This document shows, piece after piece, positions 8,649-17,767 of a stretch of DNA of 64,000 bases; position 1 is the stretch's first letter; each line of letters opens with the position of its first letter. The position numbers were made by a program, and so were the translations under genes. The notes beneath the pieces were generated by a model. That model was not told the origin of the DNA and did no database searches. It saw only the letters and a list, made by a program, of their open reading frames with translations. Where the stretch lies: the IMG/VR virus record IMGVR_UViG_3300007735_000799, positions 55,267-119,266 of that record. One strand, given 5' to 3'. The stretch is from a virus.

Positions 8649-8977
8649 TAGACGGTCTCCTCCAACCATTCTGCGGCAGCGATAAGCCCCGCAGCAAGTT
8701 CACGAATCTTGGCAGGGTCATTCATTTCCACGCCAACAGTTTCGTTGTCGTAGCCATCGTTGAACCATGCGTCAACAGACACACGGCGAGCACCAGTCTT
8801 GCCGAAAGTCCGTGAATACCACGGGAACACGGCAATCCCTGAACGGTCTGCTGCATCACGAACACTCACAGACTTCGGAGCAGTAGCCATCGCCGCGTCC
8901 TCAATCTTCTGCATTTTTTCTGCCTTCTTCTGCAACTTGGTTTTCAGAGTCGGCTTCTTGGTCTTTTTGGTCTTCAT
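8648..8977 (-). CDS. Hypothetical protein with Lys-rich N-terminus
   Basis: Start MKTKKTKK follows the duplicated junction sequence. Confidence 0.6.
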   Translation of the reverse strand: MKTKKTKKPTLKTKLQKKAEKMQKIEDAAMATAPKSVSVRDAADRSGIAVFPWYSRTFGKTGARRVSVDAWFNDGYDNETVGVEMNDPAKIRELAAGLIAAAEWLEETV

Positions 8978-8983
8978 GTTTGC

Positions 8984-9025
8984 TTTCAGTAAAAGTTTGG
9001 ATAGTTCGGGTTTGATTCCACGAAC
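8984..9025. repeat. Direct repeat copy 1 (about 42 bp; second copy at about 9524-9565)
   Basis: ctttcagtaaaagtttggatagttcgggtttgattccacgaac is present twice. Confidence 0.95.
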
Positions 9026-9102
9026 TGTACCCACTCAAACTTGGCAACGCCGTGGTAGTTGTCGTGGATACGCAACCAGTAGTGAGTGACTTCCCATCCC
9101 AT
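8986..9102 (-). CDS. Chimeric 38-aa mini-ORF (N-terminus of 8316..8648 fused to C-terminus of 9526..9756)
   Basis: MGWEVTHYWLRIHDNYHGVAKFEWVQFV-ESNPNYPNFY, translated by hand; TAATG coupling. Confidence 0.6.
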   Translation of the reverse strand: MGWEVTHYWLRIHDNYHGVAKFEWVQFVESNPNYPNFY

Positions 9103-9512
9103 TAGACGATCTCCACCATCCTGGTGTAGATGCTGTTGATGCGGAACGGACTGCTGGCGAAGTTCTTGAGAACGGCAGTCATCTCCGACTTGCTGCCCTC
9201 AAACCCGAAGTCACGCAGACCCGTCATCAGGCAAGTACCGCTTCCCATGAGCAGACGATCAATCGTCCCCTCACCCATGCGATCCTCCACCCAATCAATC
9301 GGATCGTTCATGTCTTGCGTGTTGTTCAGCGTGAAGGTGATGTTCACACGGTACTGCGGCTCGTGCGTGAAGATGTTGCTGCACAGAGCGTTGTTCACCT
9401 TGCGAGTGTTGATGTCAGCCGTGACAGCCTGTGGACTGCGTGGTTTGTTGGTGGGAACGGTGGTCTTGGCCTTGCGAGAACGATTGGTGTTGTTGCGAGT
9501 CTTGGTCTTCAT
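9102..9512 (-). CDS. Hypothetical protein
   Basis: 136-aa ORF with AAGGAA RBS. Confidence 0.6.
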   Translation of the reverse strand: MKTKTRNNTNRSRKAKTTVPTNKPRSPQAVTADINTRKVNNALCSNIFTHEPQYRVNITFTLNNTQDMNDPIDWVEDRMGEGTIDRLLMGSGTCLMTGLRDFGFEGSKSEMTAVLKNFASSPFRINSIYTRMVEIV

Positions 9513-9525
9513 GGTCAGTTTCCTT

Positions 9526-9756
9526 TCAGTAAAAGTTTGGATAGTTCGGGTTTGATTCCACGAACAGAGTGTTGAGAATTTGAATCACCCGAAACATTCG
9601 GGCAGATTCATCAGCAGGTTCATCCGCGTAATACGCAGAGATTGCTCTTACCACGGTTTGACGCAACCGCAGAATCTCGCTGCCTGCTGCTTTAGACAGG
9701 TCATCGTTTCTGCGGAACAGGTCATCCACGATATCGTGTTTGAACGGTTGAGGCAT
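9526..9756 (-). CDS. Hypothetical protein
   Basis: 76-aa ORF coupled (TAATG) to upstream gene. Confidence 0.55.
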   Translation of the reverse strand: MPQPFKHDIVDDLFRRNDDLSKAAGSEILRLRQTVVRAISAYYADEPADESARMFRVIQILNTLFVESNPNYPNFY

Positions 9757-10670
9757 TACACATTCCTGCTGCCCAAACGAACGCTCACCCCAAGATAGTC
9801 CATAGTGTTCTGATTACACTGAAGACTCGGGTGAGCCGTGGGGAAATCCCACTGCGGCATGGCATCCACGAACGCAGAATAAACCCCCGTGGAGTGTTCC
9901 GTGGCAACCTCGTCAACCTTGCTAGCGTCCTGCTTCAGACGCTCCAAAGTCTGCATGTCGGAATCGCTTGGCACATACTCCAAGTTGTGTGGCGACACAA
10001 AGCCCACATCCGTGAACTTGCCATCAGGACCACGCTTGTCACTCCAAGCCAACCCGTAGGAATTACCGAAGCGAGTGCGACCCTCCCAAAACAGAACGCC
10101 AGTCTTGCCCTTCGGATACTTGCGTCCTGCGATCACTTGCCACTTGGAACCCTTGACAGGCTTCGGGTGAACCGTCTTCTCCCACTGGTCACGCAGATTG
10201 GCAAGGTAGCGTACCTTCACGGTAGCCTCGGCGTTCTTCGCCTGCCACTTCGCCCAAGTATTACGCCACCAAATCTGAAAAGCGATTCGCTCCTTCATGG
10301 GAGCATCAACGCGGAACTTGGTGTAGAACTTGCTGTCTCCACGCATCGCCACATACACAGTCTCGTGGCTCTGCACACGCTTGCACAGATACTCATGCTC
10401 CATGCCCTTGGCAACGGCATCGGTGTTCTCGTTGCGGAACCAAGCGTAGAGGCTTGCGAAAGGCGTGATGCTGTCATCCGCGTAAACATGCTCGCGGGAA
10501 ATTTCGTCCGTCAGGGCAACAATCTTGCCCGTGAGGTTGGTGAAGAACTCCTGAGCCTCGGTGTTCCACCCGTGCAACTTCGCGGCTTCGGGATTGTCCG
10601 AATGGAAGAAAATGGGCGTGATGACGCGCTCGGAAGCGAGGGTAACGGTGTTGGTTGTGGTCGCAGACAT
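9756..10670 (-). CDS. Putative early protein with KOW/SH3-like segment
   Basis: KGSKWQVIAGRKYPKGKTGVLFW; first gene after a strong promoter. Confidence 0.65.
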   Translation of the reverse strand: MSATTTNTVTLASERVITPIFFHSDNPEAAKLHGWNTEAQEFFTNLTGKIVALTDEISREHVYADDSITPFASLYAWFRNENTDAVAKGMEHEYLCKRVQSHETVYVAMRGDSKFYTKFRVDAPMKERIAFQIWWRNTWAKWQAKNAEATVKVRYLANLRDQWEKTVHPKPVKGSKWQVIAGRKYPKGKTGVLFWEGRTRFGNSYGLAWSDKRGPDGKFTDVGFVSPHNLEYVPSDSDMQTLERLKQDASKVDEVATEHSTGVYSAFVDAMPQWDFPTAHPSLQCNQNTMDYLGVSVRLGSRNV

Positions 10671-10676
10671 ACCCTA

Positions 10677-10705
10677 ATTCTACCCGAAAAACGGGGGCCT
10701 GTCAA
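10677..10705 (-). promoter_or_regulatory. sigma70-type promoter, leaderless
   Basis: TTGACA-17-TAGAAT-6 nt-ATG(10670). Confidence 0.85.
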
Positions 10706-10888
10706 CCTGTAGGGCCGCCGAATCCTCATTTTTTATTATCGGACTATACCCCTAAAAGGGCCGGTTTCCTGCGGTGTTTTAGGGGTCATTGGGGAGGCTA
10801 GAATGCCCCAGGAGGCATCCCCGCAGTCGGCCCCGCCCGTTACCCCCAGAACGGGACCACCTCCCCAATGGGCCCTATATTATCGGAC

Positions 10889-12151
10889 TCACCATCTGTA
10901 GGTTAGTTCGGTGGGTTCCAGGTTCAAGTAGCGGAAGAATGAGCCTACGCCGCGACTCAACAAATTTGCAATAAATGAAATTACCTTTTTGATGGCTTCA
11001 AGCAATTTCTTAAATCCATCTTTAATGTATTGATAACCTTTCATGCCTGCCTTGGTCATACTCTTGCCTGCTGTGGTTAGCCAATCACCCAAGCCTTCGT
11101 TGAGTTCATTGTAATAGTAGTTGTATCTTTCGGTTAATTCTTTTTCTGAGAATACCGTTTCATCCAAATCCTCGTCTTCCAATTTTGAATCGCCTGCCTT
11201 TTGAGCGTAGTCAATGCGAGCAGCGATACCACGAGAACCACCGCCACTCTTGCTGCTCTTGCGACCACGATCACGAAGACTAAACTTAAAGTTGGGAAGA
11301 GTCTTTGTAATAAATTCGTTTGCGTCCATGAACTTAATGGTTCCGTTTTCAAACCATTCAAGGAAGTGTGTAGCAATAAAGTCTTCATTCAAGAAACGCT
11401 TTTCGCCTGTGGCAAACTCTCGCAGAAGTTTCTTGCGATTGTTGGTGTCAATCATAAAGCGACTCATCTCTATAGTCAACTTTTCACGAATTCCTATAAT
11501 GCCTAGAAACTCGTTCATCTGCTTTATTTCTTCCTTTGAAGGAACGCCTGCGCCACTCTTGAATCCTGTGACACGACTGAGTAGTTGGTCAAATCCGTCT
11601 ACCCCGTATTCGTTTTCAAACTTCTTGCGTGTAGCCTTGTAAACAGTTTCGTTTCCTGATTCTGTAATAATGCGAGCAATGGTTTGTGTGAGTTTTGATC
11701 CTTCGCTACTGTTTTTAAATGTGGCGTTTAGAACCGCGTAGATTTCATTTGTTTGTGCGGAAGCAACCTGAAATGCTGTGCCGTTCTTGATGGAGCAACG
11801 AAACTTTTTGCCACCCACCATAAACACCGCATCTGTTTTTGGTTCACCACTCTTGATGCTTCTGCCTTCTCCACCTTCAGTATACGCAGGAGCAATCACG
11901 GACGGTGGGGCTTTGCCTGCCATGCGATACGCAAGACGAGGCTTACCACCTAGTTTAGGAAGCAGGGCTTTAATGCACGACTTTGCTGTTTCTTGTGCGT
12001 ACTTGTTTTGATACTTTAAAGATTCACCGCGAGCCTTACCTTCAGTTGAAACTTCATTGAAAGCCTTAACCAAATCAATCTCAAACTGTGTAGAGTTGAT
12101 GGTTCCTTCGGTTAAAAACTTTGTATGAATAAACGAGGTAAACTTGTTCAT
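10889..12151 (-). CDS. PD-(D/E)xK restriction-endonuclease-like protein, candidate internal head protein
   Basis: GEPKTDAVF...RCSIKNG motif; N-terminus ...KFLTE-G; ATAAATA 5 nt upstream of ATG 12151. Confidence 0.6.
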   Translation of the reverse strand: MNKFTSFIHTKFLTEGTINSTQFEIDLVKAFNEVSTEGKARGESLKYQNKYAQETAKSCIKALLPKLGGKPRLAYRMAGKAPPSVIAPAYTEGGEGRSIKSGEPKTDAVFMVGGKKFRCSIKNGTAFQVASAQTNEIYAVLNATFKNSSEGSKLTQTIARIITESGNETVYKATRKKFENEYGVDGFDQLLSRVTGFKSGAGVPSKEEIKQMNEFLGIIGIREKLTIEMSRFMIDTNNRKKLLREFATGEKRFLNEDFIATHFLEWFENGTIKFMDANEFITKTLPNFKFSLRDRGRKSSKSGGGSRGIAARIDYAQKAGDSKLEDEDLDETVFSEKELTERYNYYYNELNEGLGDWLTTAGKSMTKAGMKGYQYIKDGFKKLLEAIKKVISFIANLLSRGVGSFFRYLNLEPTELTYRW

Positions 12152-12185
12152 GTGAGTATTTATTCTTTCCATATGATCGTCACTA

Positions 12186-13124
12186 TTAAACTGGCAAAAC
12201 TTTAAATGCCTTTTTTGCTATATCAGGACTTGAGAAATATTTGCTGAAGTGTCGCATGAATATTTCTTCATCCTCTTTCTTCCAATCCCAAACGGTTGTG
12301 CGGTTATTTCCTTCAGCCCATTCCGGATCTTCTCCGTATCCTCCTGGTATATTCTGCATCATGGCAACAAATGCTCGCACAGGAATATAAACTTTACAAC
12401 GAAGCGGAGAATTGCTTAAACGAATCACTTCTTCTTCATCACTAATACTTCCCATTACAGCATTCAAAAACGCGCTGCTTGAGTAACGGTTAAACAGAGT
12501 TTCTTGTTTGGTTAGATGTGCTTCCATGATTGCCATAACTCTAGACTTATTGGTTCGGTCTCGCACAAACCTTGAGGATGTTTTAGCAAATGTTTCTGCA
12601 ATGCTAAATGTATATGTCCACGATTGTCCTTCATATCTAGACTTGTAAGTTATATCTGTTATTAGATAATTGCCGCCGCCAACAAACGCAACATTATCAA
12701 ACTTCACATTCTTGAAGTCATCTAATCCCAAGGTAGTTCCGCGATACGCTAAACCATCAAACCAACTCCACGAAGCACGGGACGGACAGGCAATCAAAGA
12801 TTTCAATCCTCGCTTCATTGTGTTCATTTCACTTTGTGAAATATCTGCGTCTACTCCTAGTTTAAAATGCTCTCCAATATTTACTGCCGTCATCCAAATT
12901 TCTTTTGTTATGTCTGGCGCACCATCAGCAAACTTTTTGCGATACTCGTCGTATGCAGTTTTTATTTTATCTGTTTCAATCATATTGTAATCGTAACGAA
13001 CAGTTTCAAATCTTTCATAACAGAAATACACCAACTCTTTTAAAGCGTTGTGATGGGGCTGACGAATCCACCAGCAGATGCCTTCGTTTGTGCTTTCTTG
13101 AAGATAGTCTGAGAAGTCTTTCAT
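12186..13124 (-). CDS. ADP-ribosyltransferase paralog 1 (R-S-ExE)
   Basis: AYRG, YKSRYEGQSWT...AETF, DEEEVIR; N-terminus MKDFSDYLQES. Confidence 0.75.
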   Translation of the reverse strand: MKDFSDYLQESTNEGICWWIRQPHHNALKELVYFCYERFETVRYDYNMIETDKIKTAYDEYRKKFADGAPDITKEIWMTAVNIGEHFKLGVDADISQSEMNTMKRGLKSLIACPSRASWSWFDGLAYRGTTLGLDDFKNVKFDNVAFVGGGNYLITDITYKSRYEGQSWTYTFSIAETFAKTSSRFVRDRTNKSRVMAIMEAHLTKQETLFNRYSSSAFLNAVMGSISDEEEVIRLSNSPLRCKVYIPVRAFVAMMQNIPGGYGEDPEWAEGNNRTTVWDWKKEDEEIFMRHFSKYFSSPDIAKKAFKVLPV

Positions 13125-14410
13125 ACGCGATACTGCCTCCTAGCAATCTTCTCAAACTCTTTCCATACAGGTTGTGTAGTCATCTTTTTTACTGCGTCTT
13201 CGCCTGCAATCTTGGCAAGACGCTGTTGGAAATTTTTCAGGTCATCTGTGGTGGCATTACCTAGTTCTGCGTGTGCCAATTCACCCCAAATGCTTGGTAG
13301 ATTAACATACCCACGAACTGTTATTGGAGTGTTGCTTACACGAAGCACTTCTTGCTCATCAGGATGCACAGACACTTGACGAATCACATCAGGCATTAGG
13401 AAAGTTTCTTGGCGTTTAATAACATGCTCTATTATTAGAGCAACTGTATCGTATGAATTTCCTGGCCCAATGTTTGTGAAATTGTCGGCTACTTCGAAAC
13501 CGTAAGCCCAAGATTGTGCAGGATACTTAGACTTGTAGTTTCCTGCACACACCAAATATTTTCTGCCTTGTATTTCTACAACCTCACCTGTGAATCGGAA
13601 ATTCTGTCTCAGATAACCAGTAGACTTTCGTAATCCTCGCCAAACTTTTTTGTTGTCAAACGAGTAAGTCCAGTTTGCACGATTAGGACACTTTGACATT
13701 TTAACTATTAACGCATCAGAACCATACTTTTCTTCGCCTGATTTATCAAAGTAATCGCATACAGCACGAGTATACTGTAACAGTTCGCTGTCTAACGATG
13801 AATACTTATACTTGGAATTTTTTTTGTCAACTGCTTTAACCCAATTCACAAACTCTTTTTCATTTGGTTGAGACAGCAGTTCGCAAATAGTTGGTTCGGT
13901 TTCAGTTTCTGCGGCTTCGGTTAACTTCATGTAAGGCGTCAAGTCAAGCATAATTACTTTTGGCGTGATGCCGTTCATAAACGCAATGTCCATTCGGGTG
14001 TTGCCTGCCAACACTCGCATTTCGCCTTTAGGAAACTTCACCACGATAGGCATGTCTACCGGCTTGCCTGCTTTTATAAGTTTCTCTAGTTCTTTAAGTG
14101 TGTCTTCGTTTCTAAACTTTGGAAACGAACGATATCCTGAGATAAGGTTAAGCAACTGCTCCATGTTTTTAGTGCGACTACGATTATCAATATTGCGGTC
14201 AACCGCAGCAGATACCTCAACCACAGGAGCGGCTTTTACGGCTTTCACAAATGCCGCTTCGGTTGGAAAAATGTTTCTAGGCAGTTCGTGAATCAGATGT
14301 TTCAGATACTCAATCTGATACTCTTTGCGAATACTAGCATCGCTTGGGCGAACCCAATTGCCTGCTTTCGCTTCAGATAATGTTTCACGCAATTGCCAAT
14401 AGTCTTTCAT
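13121..14410 (-). CDS. ParB/Srx-like domain fused to ADP-ribosyltransferase paralog 2
   Basis: MPIVV...LAGNTRM (ParB/Srx-like); linker KLTEAA; VWRG, YKSKYPAQSWA, DEQEVLR. Confidence 0.72.
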   Translation of the reverse strand: MKDYWQLRETLSEAKAGNWVRPSDASIRKEYQIEYLKHLIHELPRNIFPTEAAFVKAVKAAPVVEVSAAVDRNIDNRSRTKNMEQLLNLISGYRSFPKFRNEDTLKELEKLIKAGKPVDMPIVVKFPKGEMRVLAGNTRMDIAFMNGITPKVIMLDLTPYMKLTEAAETETEPTICELLSQPNEKEFVNWVKAVDKKNSKYKYSSLDSELLQYTRAVCDYFDKSGEEKYGSDALIVKMSKCPNRANWTYSFDNKKVWRGLRKSTGYLRQNFRFTGEVVEIQGRKYLVCAGNYKSKYPAQSWAYGFEVADNFTNIGPGNSYDTVALIIEHVIKRQETFLMPDVIRQVSVHPDEQEVLRVSNTPITVRGYVNLPSIWGELAHAELGNATTDDLKNFQQRLAKIAGEDAVKKMTTQPVWKEFEKIARRQYRV

Positions 14411-15516
14411 TTTTTCTTACCTAGAAGAGTCTTGTAGATATACTCTACCACTGAGTCCTCGTGACGAACTGCTCCTCGGAGAGATTCCTTGGTGATAATA
14501 AACTTTGCTTTAATCGGAGCGTTAGACACACGAATCACTTCTCTTTCATACACTCCTAATCCTGCCGTTTCCCCTATTTTTTTTGAGGATTGTGCGTTAA
14601 GTATACATTCTTGCTTAGGAACTGCTGCGGAAACCACAACAGGAATCCAACCAGATATCTTTGTAGAACCAACTGAAGGAAGATCTCCTCCTGAGATTCC
14701 TGAGATGTGTATATTGCCTTCAACCGAACCGCTAGCATTTGCATCGCCTATAGTTGAATTTCTTGCAAATGTTTTGGCTACACTAATGTTTGTTGTCCAA
14801 GATTGTGCTCCAAGTCTACTCTGATAAATTCCTTCAGCGTGTAGTTCAGAACCCACTTGTTTCCATTTCATTTGCTTGGCTTTATCCCAAGGAATAGTTT
14901 TTCCACGAGATAATGTGCCACTAAAATTTGGTATTGTCCAATTGGCTCGTGTTGGACAATCTCGTATTGCTTTGAAAACTTCTAGAACTGAACTTTTTCC
15001 GCGACCCATTAAATTTGATCCAAACCAATCTTTAAACGCATCATTAAGTTTTAAGACTACAGCCTCAAATTTACTCCATCCGTTCAACTTCCAGTCTTGT
15101 AAGAAATACTTGGTGTTTTCGCCCCACTCCGCGTCTATAACCATAGCATCTTTCCACGGAAATCCTGAACGCACATAAGCCATTTCATCATAAGGCAAAC
15201 TTATAATATCACACATGGTGACATTAGAGAAATCAGGAAATCCATCTTTATCCTTTTTTCCTTTGGTTATCTTTAAGAATAATTTATTGTCGTAGGAATC
15301 AAGTTTATAATCCTTGAGTTTAGGAGAATCATCATCCTTGTCTTTATAACTAGAACTAGATTTCTTTGGTGTCTTGGAACTTGAACTAGATTGCTTTGTT
15401 GTTGTTGTCTTAAAATACTTAGGATTGGGTAAACCTAAAGCAGTAAAATATCCATTTACACTGTCCTCTTTAACGACAGCCTTTAAATCTTTTCTTAGTT
15501 GCCAATAGTCTTTCAC
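14407..15516 (-). CDS. ADP-ribosyltransferase paralog 3
   Basis: LSRG, YQSRLGAQSWTT...AKTF, YEREVIR. Confidence 0.72.
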   Translation of the reverse strand: MKDYWQLRKDLKAVVKEDSVNGYFTALGLPNPKYFKTTTTKQSSSSSKTPKKSSSSYKDKDDDSPKLKDYKLDSYDNKLFLKITKGKKDKDGFPDFSNVTMCDIISLPYDEMAYVRSGFPWKDAMVIDAEWGENTKYFLQDWKLNGWSKFEAVVLKLNDAFKDWFGSNLMGRGKSSVLEVFKAIRDCPTRANWTIPNFSGTLSRGKTIPWDKAKQMKWKQVGSELHAEGIYQSRLGAQSWTTNISVAKTFARNSTIGDANASGSVEGNIHISGISGGDLPSVGSTKISGWIPVVVSAAVPKQECILNAQSSKKIGETAGLGVYEREVIRVSNAPIKAKFIITKESLRGAVRHEDSVVEYIYKTLLGKKK

Positions 15517-15518
15517 AT

Positions 15519-16463
15519 TTACTTTCTTTTACTAATGATATTAAAGATGTGGTCGGTCTGTTCACCGTTAATGGTTACAGAATCCAACATTTGTCGTGTA
15601 ACGAAGAACTTTGCTTTAATTGGTTCGGTGGAAACGCGAAGCACTTCCTTCTCGTTTAATCCGCCCATGTCTATAGCAGTTTGAATCTTATCAAGCGTGT
15701 TTGGATTAAACAAACAATCTTTTGCAGGAATTACTGCTTGAATAATTACAGGAAGAAATCCTGTTATATTTTTTCCGTATACTTCTTTGTCTGCTCTATC
15801 ATCCCACCGTTCAGGAATTTCTAAATCTAAACCACTCATAGCACCTTCGTGTCCTGATGCAAAACTTCTTGCTGTAATCAGGTCTGTTGTCCATGATTGC
15901 ATAGCCAGTTTACTTTGATAGGTTGCGGTGCATTCTAGTTTACTGCCCCCGCTAGAAACCCGCCACGGCATTTGCTTGAATTGTTTCCAAGAAATTCTCT
16001 TGCCGCGATACAGAGTTCCACCTGCGAATCTTGCCCAATCACCTCGGGTTGAACACGATTTAATGTTACGGAAAACATGCACAACTTCCGACTTGCCACT
16101 ACCCATGAGTTCGTCACCAAACGCTTGTCCAAACACTTCGCGTATCTTATCTAACATTCCATCAAAAGTATACCATCCACGAACCTTGTAACCCGACATA
16201 ATAAAATCATCACTTTGACGAGAAAAAAATCCAGAACCAACATGACGAAGCAAATATCGGAAATCATCAGTATTCAACGAAACTATATCACAAAGGGTTA
16301 CTCCGGTTAAATCAGGAACGCCATTTTCGTCTCGTTTGCCTTTGTTGATCTTCAGAAGTAGTTTTTCATCTGTTGGATTGAATCCTGGAATATCATAATC
16401 ACTTTTCAGAGTTTTCTTCTGAGCAGCGGTTAAGTCTTCTAGTAGTTGCCAGTAGTTTTTCAT
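15519..16463 (-). CDS. ADP-ribosyltransferase paralog 4
   Basis: LYRG, YQSKLAMQSWTT...ARSF, NEKEVLR. Confidence 0.75.
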   Translation of the reverse strand: MKNYWQLLEDLTAAQKKTLKSDYDIPGFNPTDEKLLLKINKGKRDENGVPDLTGVTLCDIVSLNTDDFRYLLRHVGSGFFSRQSDDFIMSGYKVRGWYTFDGMLDKIREVFGQAFGDELMGSGKSEVVHVFRNIKSCSTRGDWARFAGGTLYRGKRISWKQFKQMPWRVSSGGSKLECTATYQSKLAMQSWTTDLITARSFASGHEGAMSGLDLEIPERWDDRADKEVYGKNITGFLPVIIQAVIPAKDCLFNPNTLDKIQTAIDMGGLNEKEVLRVSTEPIKAKFFVTRQMLDSVTINGEQTDHIFNIISKRK

Positions 16464-17236
16464 TTAAGTAAGAAACTTTCCGCTTCTGAACCTCTGTCAA
16501 TATAATGATGCTTTTCTTTTCCTGATGGGGTTATCTCAAGTATGGTAACACTAGTTTTATCTCCCATTACGGATAGAATCTCACGAACCGCTGCTTTAAA
16601 CGCTGCCATGTTTGTGCCTTCTAGACTGCAACTTGCTGATTCAGCACCGTAAACTTTCAACCAGCCTTTATCAAACGCTCGCTTGGCTAGCGGTGGACAA
16701 AGGTCTATGATTTCCCGTTTAATCATTTCTTTAATGCCCGAGGCTTCTATCTTTTCGCCTTTTTCAAGACCTATGGTTCTCTCGTAGTAATCACGCGACC
16801 TTGGATCTAAACCGCCGCTGTTTAATCTCTGTTTTTGAATATACTCATTCAATGCTTGATCCATTTCACTATCAGTAACACCAAACCTCTGAGGATTTTT
16901 CACCACCTGAGTGATGTGATACCCGTCTCCGAGATGTGAAAAAGTGAACGGAGGTTTTACTGCGTGCCACCAGCCTGCACACTCTCGCTTCCACGGAAAC
17001 GGTGGACGATTCAACCCAGACTTTTGTTGCTGTTGAATCTTTTTGAGTGCATTCGCATCACGACGCTGTGCTGCTGCAATAAGTGCTTGACCGCGTGGAC
17101 TTCGTTCAAACTTTAAACGCAACTCACGCTCGCGGGGAGTTTCGTAGTGTCCTCCCTTTGGTTCAAATGCGTTAGGATTAGTGTAGATACCAAGTGCTTC
17201 AGTTAACTCGGATAATAATTGAGATAAGGTTTTCAT
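16460..17236 (-). CDS. Candidate internal head protein
   Basis: Start MKTLSQLLSELTEA; GWW...YH...KGWLKV pattern. Confidence 0.6.
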   Translation of the reverse strand: MKTLSQLLSELTEALGIYTNPNAFEPKGGHYETPRERELRLKFERSPRGQALIAAAQRRDANALKKIQQQQKSGLNRPPFPWKRECAGWWHAVKPPFTFSHLGDGYHITQVVKNPQRFGVTDSEMDQALNEYIQKQRLNSGGLDPRSRDYYERTIGLEKGEKIEASGIKEMIKREIIDLCPPLAKRAFDKGWLKVYGAESASCSLEGTNMAAFKAAVREILSVMGDKTSVTILEITPSGKEKHHYIDRGSEAESFLLK

Positions 17237-17240
17237 AGGT

Positions 17241-17744
17241 TTAGTCCCACAACATATCTTCGCCACGATCTAGTAGAATTCGGCGAGAGGCTTTGTCTAA
17301 TACTTGCAATCCTGTGCCAGCGGCTTTCAGTTCCACTTCTTTGCCAGACATGCTTAGGTAAGTTTCGCGTCCTAACTTCATGGCTTTCTTGACGAACATG
17401 GAACGAGGCTTGCCGTCACGCTCGCGTCCCATGATTTCAATTTTAATGTTTACCGGCTTGATGCTCAAGGTTAAAATCATATCCTTGGCGTTATCAATAG
17501 CAGCCCGGGTCATTTGCCGAGTAGTGGACCACGCCTTTTTGTTTGGCTTGGGAATTACATTTCCCATTGCGTCAGTCTTTCTAGCCTTTAAAGGATTCTG
17601 AGATCCTACAAAGCGTTGCGGATCGTCTAGATTAACTCCGTAACCAATGGTTCCTAAACTTGGGCCTTTGGGAAACTTTGGCTTCTCGGCAAGCAAGCCT
17701 AAAACCGCTTCCGCGTTTTCTAAAATCTCTCGGTAATCGCGCAT
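17241..17744 (-). CDS. Candidate internal head protein
   Basis: MRDYREILENAEA N-terminus; lies within the payload operon. Confidence 0.55.
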   Translation of the reverse strand: MRDYREILENAEAVLGLLAEKPKFPKGPSLGTIGYGVNLDDPQRFVGSQNPLKARKTDAMGNVIPKPNKKAWSTTRQMTRAAIDNAKDMILTLSIKPVNIKIEIMGRERDGKPRSMFVKKAMKLGRETYLSMSGKEVELKAAGTGLQVLDKASRRILLDRGEDMLWD

Positions 17745-17767
17745 ACGCCGTATCCTCCTGAATTCAA

